Assembly: GCA_051294905.1 (NCBI GenBank)
Contig: CM119372.1
Location: 23,686,001-23,750,000 of the forward strand
Reading direction: 5' to 3'
DNA length: 64,000 bases
Source of the DNA: Botryllus schlosseri
Taxonomy: Eukaryota
The notes under the pieces are model-generated. The model saw only the letters and a program-made list of their open reading frames with translations, was not told the DNA's origin and did no database searches. Shown here one piece after another: positions 12,301 to 27,300 of the stretch. The position numbers and the translations under genes were made by a program. The number at the start of each line of letters is the position of its first letter. The first letter of the stretch is position 1.

Positions 12301-15300
12301 AACCTCTTTTCAGCCGTCGTTGTGTTACGTCGTAGAGTAGGATAGTCTACGGCTACTTGCCGCAACTAAACCGCCGTTGTGGTTTTCGTAAGATATAGAT
12401 CCTACGAAAAAATGGTTTACAATTATCGAAAATTTCTTCCCTTTTTTGACTGCGTCGAGAGAATGCAGATGTGAAGAAATGACTGATCGAAATTTCGCAA
12501 AGAAGCGATGACGTGTGACCTCGATACCACAGATGTAGCCAGATTTGAATGACACTTTTCGTGGAAATCGCTGCAATTCTAATACGGCGACTTTCTCAGG
12601 AAAATGGCTACTGCCATATGATTTGAACACGTTCAGTCATAATTTCTTCTGTTGTCCTATTTTCTAGCTGTTAAGAACTCAACCGGAATCAATTCCTAGA
12701 GTAATCGCCTATATATTTCAATCTCCTACTAATAAGTAGCTGTGACATATCGGAGGATATCGGGTGCAATGGAATAACCATAATAACCAAAAAAGCCACC
12801 CTACCGCATTTTCGTGGATGTATTCCAAGATACCGGCATCGTCACAGTTGAATAAAGAGCAATTGCTTTCATCGGCGCCATTTGGGCAATCCTAAATTTG
12901 ACATCACTCATTTCGACAAATATTACAGTCAGGAAATATCCGTGCAATACGTACCCCGCGTCGATCGCAATGCTTTTCCATTGGAATATTCGGCAAGGGA
13001 TGGTTTGTACAATAAAAACTAAACAAGCATACAAATCATTTGTAATAGTCATGATAGTTTATAGGTTTTTACCCAGGGGTCCGTCAACCCCTCGGGGGTA
13101 CGAAGCACCAAATTAGGGGGTACCAGACGCATTGTGGAATCATAAGCTATATAGAGCCCAAATTTATTTCGCAAACCAACAAAAAGTGGTATATTTTCTG
13201 GACAGATTTATTCAACTCGAAAATTTTCTACGCGCCTGGCGCGACTCCATGTAAATGAACTTGTTCATTTTAATATAGAGACCATCTCCCAAAATATTAA
13301 TAAGAATAATACAATTAAACAGACGCATAATTGAAGAAATGAGTTAAACCGTCTTTGCAATTACGATGGAACGGCATATTACTATAGTATCGCTTAAGGG
13401 ACTCGGTAGGGTATAGGCCCTGTAACCTGCTGGAGTGCTGGTGCATGGTTATGTTATTGGGCACCAGTATTTCGGCGCCGGATATAAATCCCGCCACATG
13501 ACACAACATGTAGTAATGCATTTTGGGTTGCATTTAAAACAAAAATTAATTACAAACAAACATGTTTAAAACATGGCCCTTGTACAAAACATGTTTTCAT
13601 TGTGTTTTTTTTATGTTCTTTTTAGCCATGCCGTCAAAATCATTGTGGATTGTTACGTTACGATCACTAAAGACGATGTAGCATACAGTGAGATAGGACA
13701 TAAGATGACAAAAATATGCTTTTAGCTAGATTTACGATACTAACATCTACACTCTAAATTCGAATGCGTGCAGAGGAACGCAAACTTACATGCCAAATCC
13801 GGTTTTTTTTTAACTACCACACAACGTGCTGGAGTCGATGTGTGCCTGGCTATCCTGTGTTTAGTAGTGGTATGTTCATGTTGACTGGTGCAGAGCTAGA
13901 AATTAATACCAGCCATCCATGAATTTTTACTCAGCTTAGGCTCAAAAAAGATTTTATTGCAGCGAAAGATCAATACAGAACATTCATTTGCAGACGAAAA
14001 TGTGTGAATTTCTAGCTTGCACAATTGAAAAACTTAAGCTTATCCAAATAGAAATAAGAACTACAGCTACAAAGTTATCATAAATTAGATTCTAATTAGA
14101 GCAAAGAAACGTTTCACTAATTGGTGTAGAATTAGAATTATAGCGACACAGTTGTTTTTGCAAATTAGAATCTAATTAGAGAAAAAAAGCATTTCACAAA
14201 TTGGTGTGGAAATAGAATTATAGCGACACAGTTGCAACCACAAATTACATTTGAATCAGAGCAAAGAAACATTTCACAAATTGGGATAGAGGTAGAATCA
14301 TAGCGATACAGTAAGATTCTAATTCAAGCAAAAAACATTTCAAAAATTGGAGTAGAATTACAATCCTAGCGACACGGTTGTTATCACAAATTAGATTCTA
14401 ATTAGAGCAAAGAAACATTTCACAAATTGGTATGTGATTAGAATTATAGCGACCAGTTGCAGCCACAAATTACATTTGAATCAAAGCAAAGAAGCATTTC
14501 AAAAATTGGAGTAGAATTACAATTATAGCAACACAGTTGTTTTCACAAATTAGATTCTAATTAGTGCAAAAAAATATTTCCCAAATTGGAGTAGAGTTAG
14601 AATCATAGCGACACAGTTCTTATCACTAATTAGATTCTAATTTCCGCAAAAATATTTCCCAAATTGGAGTAGAATTAGAATCATAGCGACACAGTTGTTA
14701 TCACAAATTAGATTCTAATTAAAGCAAAAAACATTTCAAAAATTGGAGTAGAATTACAATCCTAGCGACACGGTTGTTATCACAAATTAAATTCTAATTA
14801 GAGCAAAGAAACATTTCACAAATTGGTAGGTGATTAGAATTATAGCGACCAGTTGCAGCCACAAATTACATTTGAATCAAAGCAAAGAAGCATTTCAAAA
14901 ATTGGAGTAGAATTACAATTATAGCAACACAGTTGTTTTCACAAATTAGATTCTAATTAGTGCAAAAAAATATTTCCCAAATTGGAGTAGAGTTAGAATC
15001 ATAGCGACACAGTTCTTATCACAAATTAGATTCTAATTTCCGCAAAAATATTTCCCAAATTGGAGTAGAATTAGAATTATAGCGACACAGTTGTTATCAC
15101 AAATTAGATTCTAATTACAGCAAAAAACATTTCAAAAATTGGAGAAGAATTACAATCCTAGCGACACGGTTGTTATCACAAATTAGATTCTAATTAGAGC
15201 AAAGAAACATTTCACAAATTGGTATGTGATTAGAATTATAGCGACCAGTTGCAGCCACAAATTACATTTGAATCAAAGCAAAGAAGCATTTCAAAAATTG

Positions 15301-18300
15301 GGAGTAGAATTACAATTATAGCAACACAGTTGTTTTCACAAATTAGATTCTAATTAGTGCAAAAAAATATTTCCCAAATTGGAGTAGAATTAAAGTCATA
15401 GCGACACAGTTGTTAACATTTGAAAAATTGGAGTAGAATCAGAATAACTACTGCAGTATATTTTCTGAATTAGACTTAGAATCCAATTAGAGGTAGTTTT
15501 TATTTCAAATTAGAGTAGAATTAGAAATATAGCTATACGTTAGTGGTTTTCTAAATTAGATTCGATTGAGAGCAAAGAAACATTTCACAAATTAGAGTAG
15601 CATCAGAATTTATAGCTACACAGCTTTTTCCAAACTAGAGTAGAATTAGATTTGTAGCTCTTTTTTATTTCGAAATTAGAGTGGGATCAGAATTATAGCA
15701 ACACTTTTTTTCAAATTATAGAGTAGAAGTAGAACTATAGCTACAATGTTTTTCCAAATTAGAGTACAATTAGAATTATAGGTTCAGTTGTTTTCACAAA
15801 TTAGATTCGAATGAGAGAGACGAAGCACTTCACGAATTAAAGTAGAATTATAATTATAGCTAGTTTTTTTTTCAAAATTAGAGTATAATCAGAATTTTAG
15901 CTACACATTTTATTTTCACTCTAATTAGACAACTAGAGTAGTACTAGAATTGTATAGTTGTCCAAGTCAGCAAACGAAATAAAAATCATTACTGAGATTT
16001 CTAGAATCTGCTCATAAAACAGAGAAGCTTGTTGGATTGAAACCCAAATTTTTGTATCCAATCAGGACATACTGTAAAATTGACAGTATCTGGAAAACTT
16101 TTGGATATGGTCACAAACATAATAACACGCGAGAAGATCCAGCACCATCTCAAATGGTTTCGCTTTATTGTGAGACGATCCCTTTATGCGGATGCCATTC
16201 GCCACGATCCATGACTGCAGGTCACCATTTTCATGGTACGCTAGTACGAGATGTCGAGGACTCAGCTTTGTGGCCGTTAATTGGACTGAATGGGCCTGGA
16301 ATTGAAAGAAATATGTTAAGTAAAATTATATTGCCAATAATCCATGTGTGAATCGAAAGCACAAGATTTAGATTATGTAGAATTGCCTTTATGGGACTTC
16401 TGCATAATGCATATTGAATAAAAATAGAGCTGAATAGGTCAATATAGGTTTTTGCCAATATGGTTTAACAAGCTTAACTCATGGAAACAAGTGATAGCAA
16501 ATTCTGTCGTCACGACATGCTGTCTAGTCGCTGACATGTATGGGTTTTTCCACATAATCATAAGTTTACTAACCTTTAATGATCCATTCAGATTTGATCA
16601 GTATACCATCATACAGGTTCCTTTTGGAACGGCACAAGCATTATGTTCACATTCACTGATTCTATGCACTATATCCATGGTAGCCATCCTCATGGACTCG
16701 AAGTCAGGAAAACCAAAAATTACATTAGCAGCAGAAATGATTTTCCGTGGTGTGGGACGAAAACGAATTTACACCAGCTCATTCTAACTTAGATTTATAG
16801 CCTTATCAAAAATAATCATGTAATTGAAAAGCATTTAATAATCATTTATTTTTGGAGGCCTTCTTTCAGTTTGAGTGTTTATTGCACCGTCATAACGTAA
16901 ACAGCGTCAATCAAAACATAGGCCTACAATATTTTCAGCACCCAAAAACAAAATGAGGCACACGTCTGAGCTCAACAGACCCCGAATTAGAACACATGTT
17001 TGTGTCGCAACTTGGAAATTAACAGACCCCGAATTAGAACCAACTCAACATGCGCGCATGTTAAGCCATAAAATTTTCAAACAACTAGCACTAGCAGTAC
17101 TTTTGTGACGGTCTGTTAAGTTCAAACTTGTGCCAGATTGTGGCATGCAAAACGTTCAAGGTGTTATGGAAAACGACGAACAATGTTTGCCGAAAAATCA
17201 GGACAAGAGTAGAAATCAGTACAAATCTGACAAATCAGGACGTTATGGTACATCTAGGTTCATTGTTCACACAGTTCCAGGTTAAGCAAGCAGCAAATCC
17301 TACAACTCACCTGATAAGCGTTATCGCCCTCAAATCCTGTTGTGATTCTCTCTTCAGTTACTGCATTTCGTAACTCCCTCCCTCAGGAGCATAACCGCAG
17401 CGGCTTGTTTTCCCTACAAATAAATATCAAGTAGAAGATTTGGTTGAAGGACATTCCACTTATTGCATTCCGGTTGATATGAAGGCAAGAGTTCTGACAC
17501 AACAATATTTAATAAATTCATTCTAGAATAGTTGAATAATACTAACCTCTTCATCTGTCTCTAGCTCTGCTCCAAATATTTCGTCAGGAGTAGTAAGTAT
17601 TTCGCTTCGACACTCCTCGGAACGAACACTTGAAACCCCGCTCTGATCTATTACAAAGGCAAAGTGTTACTATAAAAGCAGCTAGTGAGCTAAGCATGCA
17701 CATTGCACACACTTCTATGTGTTATATAGAGGGAACTTGATATGAATATAATAAGATTTATTTCGCTGGATAATATAAACAATAATTATTATAATAGGTT
17801 CATGAATAAAATATCATGTTTTCAACTAATGAAAATGTCGGGCATCCCTAAAAGACGGAGAAGCGGAGGCAGCGGAGACAGCGGAGGCAGCGGAGAACGG
17901 ACCCTAAAACGCGGAAACAGCGGAGACAGCGGAGAGAGCCAAAAATGCCGATTCCTAAAAGACGGAGTTAGCGGAGGAAGCGGAGAGCGGAGCTTTCGGT
18001 CATTAACCTTTATAGACACGCGCGACATAGCGGACGGATACTGAAAGCGGAGTTCGGGACCCAGCGAAATGGACATAGCGGACGGTTATATAATATAGAA
18101 AGCGCAGATCAGGGCGTATCGGAAGATGTTTCGAAGCAGTGGAGAATAACGGAGAAGTCAGCCATGCAAGTTAAAGACCAATTGGGCGACTGATTGCCCG
18201 TAGATGAGATGACATAACGGACGGATACTGAAAGCGGAGTTCGGGGCGTATCGGAAGATGTTTCGAAGCAGTGGAGAATAACGGAGAAGTCAGCCATGCT

Positions 18301-21300
18301 ATTTCGAGGCCAATTTGGCGACAGATTGCCCGTCGATGAGATGACATAGCGGACGGATACTGAAAGCGGAGTTCGGGGCCCCGCGAAATAGACATAGCGG
18401 ACGGTTATATATTATAGAAAGCGGAGATCAGGGCGTATCGAAAGATGTTTCGAAGCAGTGGAGAATAACGGAGAAGTCAGCCATGCAAGTTAAAGGCCAA
18501 TTTGGCGACTGATTACCCATCGATGAGATGACATAGCGGGCGGTTATATAATACAAGGAAAGCGGAGTTCGGGGCGTATCAGAAGATGTTTCGAAGCAGT
18601 GGAGAATAACGGAGAAGTCAGCCATGCGAGTTCAAGGCCAATTTGGCGACTGATTGACCGTCGATGAGATGACATAACGGACGGATACTGAAAGCGGAGT
18701 TCGGGGCGTATCGGAAGATGTTTCGAAACAGTGGAGAATAACGGAGAAGTCAGCCATGCTATTTCAAGGCCAATTTGGCGACTGATTGCCCGTCGATGAG
18801 ATGACATAGCGGACGGATACTGAAAGCGGAGTTCGGGGCCCCGCGAAATAGTCATAGCGGACGGTTATATAATATAGAAAGCGGAGATCAGGGCGTATCG
18901 GAAGATGTTTCGAAACAGTGGAGAATAACGGAGAAGCAGTGGCGGCTCGTCCTATAGGGCAACTGGGGCATTGCCCCACCTAAAATTCTGTTCAATAACA
19001 GTTCTTTACCATTTATAGACGCACAGCAATCTATATATACCGAAATCACAGCAAAAATCGTATTCTTCTTGTCCTTTCGCTTGTAAAAGCCCATATATAT
19101 AGCGAAGTCTCTGCGAAAATCGAATTCTCTTCGTGTTTTCGCTTTGCAAATGCCTAGCCGGGGCATGCCCCGGTAGCGCTCATAACAAGCTTTCACTGTC
19201 TATTCTCTCAAAGCTGCGCACAATAAAGAAACAGTGATTTACTCTCTCCTATTCATAAAATGACCGAGCAACCGGGGCAACATAGCCTACTCGCCCTTAA
19301 GGTGTGATGTAACAATCGTATCTACATCTGAACTCGGTTACCGTCATATGCGTTTAGTCGACCTTTGCTGGTATAGGTCGATTTTGATGGTGTTTCACAC
19401 CATGATAATTCTTGAAACTTGGTATGTCATGTCGTGATGGTGGTATTTAACATTGTCCCAAGTTTCAGGGTTTCTACTTAAAGTTTAGGGTAGTAATTCC
19501 GTTTCCGAAGTTGAGTGTGTGCTGATTCGTCATGTATCGCAAACAGATTTTACTCAAAAGCCGGTATTGGTATCCATTGATTTTGACGATGTTCCATACC
19601 GAGATCGGTCATGACATTTGGTACGGTAAGTCTTAATGTTAGTATTCAACGCGGTACCAAGTTTCAAGTTTGTCACTGTACTGTGTTAGTGGTAATTTCG
19701 TTTCCTAAATCGAGTGAGAGCTGACTCGTCATTTATCGCAAACATATTTTACGCAAAGCCGGTATTGGTCTCCATTGATTTTAACGATGCTCCTTACCTA
19801 GATCCGTCATGAGCTTTTGCATGGTATGTCTTGATTTTAGTATCGAACGCTGTGCCGAGTCTCACGGTTGGCACTCAATGATTAGGGCAGCAATTTCGTT
19901 ATCAAGGTCGAGATGTTAAAGATGTGCGCTGATCTGACACTTAGCCTACCTAACGCATTGCGGATTTCACGCAAAAGTCGGCGTATCTGTGTTAACGCTA
20001 ACTGTGTTCCATACTGAGATAAGTGATGAGATGATGATATCATGAAACAGTTTACTAGCATCCTCGGTTTGCATTCAAATATTTATTTTTATTTTATATT
20101 CTCCGATGTCAATTTTGACCGTGAAATTGTGGCCTTCAGGCCATTTGCTTACAATTACAACCCCTGTCAAGCGCGATAGCTGTTTCGTTTTCGATGGCGG
20201 CTAACAGCTGATCGCTTGATCAATGATCAGCCTATTCCTCAGTAAATTTTACGCAAAATTCGGTGTTGGTCTGTTTGTATTAATTTTGACAGTGTACCAT
20301 ACCGAAAACGGTCATGAGGCTACTTCTCGTTGATTTAATGTAACAGTGTACCAAGTTTTCGGCTTTCATCCACGTATTTATTCGGTAATATATTTTCCAA
20401 AGGCGATTTTGCAGCAGACATATAGACCGTAAGCCGTATGTGTCGTGTGACAGTCTCCAGCACCAAGGCCAAAACATCTCCTATGCTGTATCGGGACCGA
20501 ATTTCCGAGGCTGCTATCCGTAGTTCTTCAGAATTATGTTTTGGATTCAATATGACATTGTCCAATCTATGAGATAACAATTGCGTATGTGTCCGAACTC
20601 GTTGACCTTTCCAGCTAGGCTTACGCAATCTCTCGAGTTATAGTCATTTCCATTTCTGCAGATAATTAGTCAAGTCAGGTATAGTGCGAACATGAGCCGT
20701 GTGAAATCTTTGTTCCGTACGCCGTTTACGCAGTTACCACACTTCAAGTCACAGCTCACCGGCAGACCTCTCGCGGCACATACGTTAAATCACTGTTGTC
20801 GGGAAGTTCGTGTTACCGTAGTTCGTACCACTAAGTTACTTGTTTACGTTGGAAAACTCCATTGTGACGTCATCTTGATAAAAAGTCGCTTGCAGCCCTT
20901 GCCCCACCACCCGATATTGTCACGAGCCGCCACTGCGGAGAAGTCAGCCATGCAAGTTAAAGGCCAATTGGGCGACTGATTGCCCGTCGATGAGATGACA
21001 TAACGGACGGATACTGAAAGCGGAGTTCGGGGCGTATCGAAAGATGTTTCGAAGCAGTGGAGAATAACGGAGAATTCAGCCATGCGAGTTCAAGGCCAAT
21101 TTGGCGACTGATTGACCGTCGATGAGATGACATAACGGACGGATACTGAAAGCGGAGTTCGGGGCGTATCGAAAGATGTTTCGAAGCAGTGGAGAATAAC
21201 GGAGAATTCAGCCATGCGAGTTCAAGGCCAATTTGGCGACTGATTGACCGTCGATGAGATGACATAACGGACGGATACTGAAAGCGGAGTTCGGGGCGTA

Positions 21301-24300
21301 TCGGAAGATGTTTCGAAACAGTGGAGAATAACGGAGAAGTCAGCCATGCTATTTCAAGGCCAATTTGGCGACTGATTGCCCGTCGATGAGATGACATAGC
21401 GGACGGATACTGAAAGTGGAGTTCGGGGCCCCGCGAAATAGACATAGCGGACGGTTATATAATATAGAAAGCGGAGATCAGGGCGTATCGGAAGATGTTT
21501 CGAAGCAGTGGAGAATAACGGAGAAGTCAGCCATGCGAATTTCAGGCCAATTTGGTGATTGCTTGCCCATCGATGAGATGACATAGCGGGCGGTTATATA
21601 ATACAAGGAAAGCGGAGTTCGGGGCGTATCAGAAGATGTTTCGAAGCAGTGGAGAATAACGGAGAAGTCAGCCATGCGAATTTCAGGCCAATTTGGTGAT
21701 TGCTTGCCCATCGATGAGATGACATAGCGGACGCGTTTCGTATGACAATTTAACTGATGATAGTTGTGGAATATTATACTGAACTACTTTCTACTTTACA
21801 AAAACCGAATTGTAAATGTAATTAGTTCATCCAGAATACTGTTCAGGTAGATGTTGAAGTAATTGCGAAACATTACCACTTCAGTAAGTACCGGAAATAG
21901 CCCAAATCTACTTGATTACCTCGAATAAGTAGAGGTATTCAACATATATAATATCTGAACAACGTGATGTGATATAGCAAAAATAACGTCAGATTCGTAT
22001 TCAGCGCCCCCAAATTAGGTATAATTGACCCGAAGAAGTCCTGGCGCAAAAATCCTGTAGATCAGCGTTATTGGTGCTGCGGCGTGCGACGCCATCAAAC
22101 CAGGAAATTGGCCCGTGAGCACATTCTAGTTTGAGACATCTGCACTAGTGACTATAGTGCGAACTCCGTAACTACTTGCTATGAACCCAATATCGGGGCA
22201 TTTTGCCTGGCCTTAACAATCCACCTTTGCTCGACTCGATCTTCTCCTTATTTGCTAACACATGTCACTTCATTAACGAAATATCTTTTACAAATTATAT
22301 ACATATGTTACCAAAATGAAACGATGAATGAAACGAAGAAAATATACAGTCATGATAAAAAGTTAAATAAAAGTTCACGGCTGAATTTTAGCAGCTAAGC
22401 AGTTTTTGCGGTAGCAAATGAAGTATGTCATCTCATCAGCCTTTTCATCGACTAGGCAGGACTTGTGGAACCATCTTCGACATTTCACACACATTATCTG
22501 CTGATCTTGGTCTTTACTACCTTTACATAAGCTGCTGTCGCAATTATCCCATTTCGATTTATTCATGACACCAATGGCAGATGAGGAATCGGCTAGCTCT
22601 GCATATGTAATATCACTTTCTGATATTGCATTCCAATCACCCAAAATACAACCGGATTCTGATTGCGTTTCGTCAGTCGGTCGACGGCCGGTTGGCAGTT
22701 GGTTCTCAGTTGACCGTTCTCGAATCCCTGCCAAGTAATCTACCCAGACTCGGCACTTTCCCGACGGAAAATCACGCGCTAAAGGTAAATTATTTGTCAC
22801 GCAATAAGCATTTGCTATCACATGTATGCCGCAGTCAAATGTGTTCTCCTGTTGTTTAACGTCCCTGCACAGAAAAAACTGCCACTCGTCAATTGTGCAT
22901 CTCACATTCGCAACCCTGAAGCAAGCACTGACAATTTTGAATGAGTTGCGAAAAATACCCTCATATCTCGTCCGATTAGGAGATATAAAAGAGTCCATCA
23001 CCAGTATAGTTTTGGTACTCAAGTTAACTACTGTCAGTATCCAGTGATTTGGAACATGCACTAGAAAAATGAAGAAGTCTTTGTTCGCTGCTTGGTGCTT
23101 ACGCGCAAATCGGCACAGCGACGGCACATTGTGATCTTGTTCACTCCATTGATACCTGTACGAGGTGAAAAACAAAACCAAAGGTTTTTCGGTACAAAAT
23201 GCTTCTATCGCTCGCTCTATTGTTTCATCATCTAGCCATTGCTCAGGTTTCAAGCATTGGCGTATCACATGCTGCGGATCTTTATTTTCCTTTGACGACG
23301 AAAGCCAAGGGTAATCATTGAGGGCGGGCAGCTTCACAGAGTCGGTCGTCAAGTCCAATGGCGCTGTTTCTTCATTGATTTCAGACATCTGCTCGTCGGA
23401 TATCATTGATAGATCAGAATGCAATAGCGGTTGTTTGGGTTGCTGTTTTCTTGGTGTTGAATGGTGAGCTGGTGTACTATTTACGGTATAGTCAAAATCT
23501 ACCCGGCGAGGCCTTTTCCGACCGGACTTCCTGGTCCTACCCTTGCGATTTTTCAGGAGCTGACTCAAATTGCAGGGGACCGCTTTCTGTGTGCTGTTGT
23601 CTTTTAATGACATCGCTACAGCTAGAATATGATAGCATATTGTTGTGCTTGGGCAAGTACATGAGGAAGGCTTTGGGAAATACCTGACGCAATGAACTTG
23701 ACGTTGAGTCATTGAAGCAACAGTGAACACACCATTGGTCGACGAGAACCCAACCATATTATTTATCCCGCACCACCTCGCCATAGCGCGCTGGGAGAAT
23801 CTTTGATTCAACTTATTGTTTGACCTGAAGAATTTTGTCACATTTTGGTCATTGTTGATTTCACTTATGATATCGTCAAGCGTCAACATTTTAGGAAATT
23901 TGATATGTTCGAGTTTTTTTCTCATGTAACTAAATTCCGTTTTCAGTTGATATTCCCCATGTCCGCATTCCGCACGGCGAAAATCATGTAAGTAGTTCGT
24001 CTGCAGATTATGCATCCATAATATGATGGCATCCAATGTCATTTCTTTACGCCCGCTCGCAGCCTTCAAAACGTTGTTCATTGACTCGCTAATATTGTTA
24101 GTGGGTGGGCTCTCACTAAAAGCGGAAAAATATTTCGTTCTGAATCTGCAGGTATTTCTGGAAATGTCACCCTTCAAATGTTTGTCAAAATATTCTCTGA
24201 ATTTGCCTGTCCATCCATTTGCCAGCGTACGATATTTATCGTTGAATTGATCTTCTCCATCCGACAAAACCAACTTGCGTATATCACCCAATAGAATGCT

Positions 24301-27300
24301 CACTTCGTGTGTTTTAAAAGAGTGTTCGCGAAGCCATCTTTTTGCATCATTGAGGATATGGTTCAGACAATAAAACTTTGGCAAGTCTGGAAAGTAATCA
24401 TGGAGTGGTTTAGTTATGCCTTTTTCCCGGTCAGTCACAAACGGAATGTTTGAGCATTTATCCATACCGAGGCAATGCAATATGTCGCGGAACATCTGTT
24501 CATGGTTTGTCATGAACTTTTTCTCATGCACCATAAATGCAACTGGGAATATTGGGTCCCCCTTCATTAGCACATTGCGGCACACTAAAATGGAAACGTA
24601 AAAGTCCCCTAGGGAGAAAGTTGTATCGTAGGATAGCACTTGGGGTAGTTCCGTATTCTTCATTGAGATTTTCAATATATTTCTAGTCTCATCAAGCATA
24701 TCGCTGTGTGCCATACGGATAGTTATGTCGGGAATTATTTCGATCTTTCTGACAAAGTCACCGGTGTGAACTGACATTTCTACAGCATTATAAACCGTGT
24801 CCTTGGAAATTCGAAGCGACTGCCGATTTGCGTATTTCATATTTTCGCATTGTTTCACATCCCGCGGTCTGTCTGTGGGCATTCTAGATTGATCCGATTG
24901 CCTCATTCCTTTGGCTTGTAAATCGACATACGTTTGTTTGGGTGTATTTTTGTCGTCCTTTTTGATTTCGTCCAGGCACGCCCGCGAGGTGTGTACGAAC
25001 ACTGAATCTTTTTTCTTTATTGCATTGCCGTGTGAACTGTCTCGATGCAGAGTAGTGTCACCCATATAGTGTACAAGATATATGGTGCCGGACTCAGTAT
25101 TTCTTTCTTCTTCTAAAATCAGTGAATACACGTGTCGCTTAAACCCGGGCAACGTTTCTCTAAGCTTGCCGTTTGGATCCTTCAATTCATAATATCGCTT
25201 GCATACCTCTCCTTTAACGTCGCGACATTTCCCCTTGTGTATGAATCTATATTGGTCGCACTGGAAGTCGGATCGTCCTGATTGACAGGGAGAGCGATAC
25301 AAATAACCTTCGCCACCTTTGGGTAGTACTGCCGGTTTATCCCAAACATTTTCAGGATTTTCCAAAATTTCTCTTGCTCTTGCGTAACTCAGAGATCTAT
25401 TTCCAAGCTGAAGCATACTTTGAACTTTACATCAATACTGCATAGGCCTATCTATAGGACTAGAAAAACGGCCATCATTGCATTTTTAATGAAATATATT
25501 GCAAGTAGGCTATAGATTCAATACACTGGCTATGTGATAATGTTTGAAATACATGGCACTAAAGTCGCGCCGCACCACTACGCAAGTCCACGACGCAAGT
25601 CAGTGAAATCGAGGAACGAAGATCGAGTTTAATATGCATGCAAAAAAGCGTTGTTTAGCCGACGCACGCGTAGAAATGCTTAACGTCGTAAGTAACTGCT
25701 CTAGTGATGGTGTGTACTGTGTACCCCGGAACGGTTCAGGTTCTGTGTGAACGTCATGTCTGTGTGACGTCATGTCTAACATTTCAGTTACGTGTTATAT
25801 TAATTTTTGAGTTTCATCCACACTTTTTTGCAAAAGAAATTTCATTCGCACAAACCAGGGGCGGGCAACTTCTCCAGTCGGCGGGCCGGATACAGGAAAA
25901 TTAGGTACTTGGCGGGCCGTATTGCTGAATCGATACATTAGTCCCCCAGTTATCCACATATAGAAGATGTAAATCGCATTTATTGAATGTATTTTAACGA
26001 CAGCAATGTCACGTCAAAGCCATTTCTCGCCGATATTGACGAAGACAGTGTGGATTTGAGAACAGCATTGTCATACAGGCGCCGCCATGTTTGCTTCTCT
26101 CTGATCAATCAACACACGGTGCAATCACTAATTAAGATTGCAAGGCGTTCGATAAGCCCGGTACCCCAAATTTACCGAGATATCAATTCTTTAGGGCTGA
26201 GCGGGTAACGAGATAGGGTCGTTGTTCAACTGTATGGCCTATTTTATCTCGATATTGAATTCATGCAGACCGCGGCTTCTACGACATTTGAAAAGTGGCC
26301 CAGCCGTGTTACAAGTCGGCAGCTACTGAATCAAAAATAAGAAATATCGGCCTGGTGTAAATTACCATTGTAGCTGGTGACGCACCGTGTTGCTTCATTC
26401 TGACAATGTTGTCTATATCACAATTTTTCAGCTTGCGTTTCTTAATGTAAGAACCATGCAATGTCCAAGCAGTCTTGCTTCAGTTAGGATATTGCGGTAC
26501 GTTGACCATAAAACCATGTCACTATTTGTTTCATTTGACCGTTTATGATTCACAATGAGCAGACGATGGGACGTTTACAACGGTAGGATTATAAAGTAGG
26601 CTACAAGCTGTAAATTATCAAATGATAAGTTAACAGACAGCGCAAAATCTACGATACAAACGAAATGTAGAGGTCAAAAAATGTTTGATTTTGTATACAA
26701 TTTTGACAAATTTTGACCTAACGCTACAATTTTGACCTAATTTTGACTTTTTTTGACATGTCCAAAAAAAATCGCCCTAATAATAACATACAGCCACTAA
26801 TATTTGACGTAGTAAGCAAGTAGTGGGGAATCTCGGGAGACTGTAGCCGCGGGCCACATTATTATATAAGACAGAAAACTGTCCGCGGGCCGGACAAAAT
26901 CCCTTCACGGGCCGGATCCGGCCCGCGGGCCGTATGTTGCCCACCCCTGGCACAAACGAACCGAAAGTTGTCATACAAAAAATAATATGAAGATACTGAA
27001 CAACATTTTGTTCAGATGTGCAGCAAATTGGCTATCTATGTAGCTTAAGCTATAAAGTTCCTCACGCCCCGACGCCGAAGGGGTTGGCCTCGAAATGAAT
27101 GAGTCGAATAGAGGCATTATGAACTCGCTCGTTGCATGCGCATTGTGCATGCACACTAGGGTTGTTCAGAATTGACCGGCTTTCAAAAAGGAATATAGGC
27201 ATCATGAACTCGCTCGTTGCATGCGCATTGTGCATGCACACTAGGGTTGTTCAGAATTGACCGGCTTTCAAAAAGTAATGGTTTTCAGTACGTCTCCCAT

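Noticed and set aside
22141..25700. Transposase as a separate nested element with its own short TIRs
   Set aside because: No inverted repeat or TSD found immediately around the ORF; the outer termini and TSD length fit a MULE.
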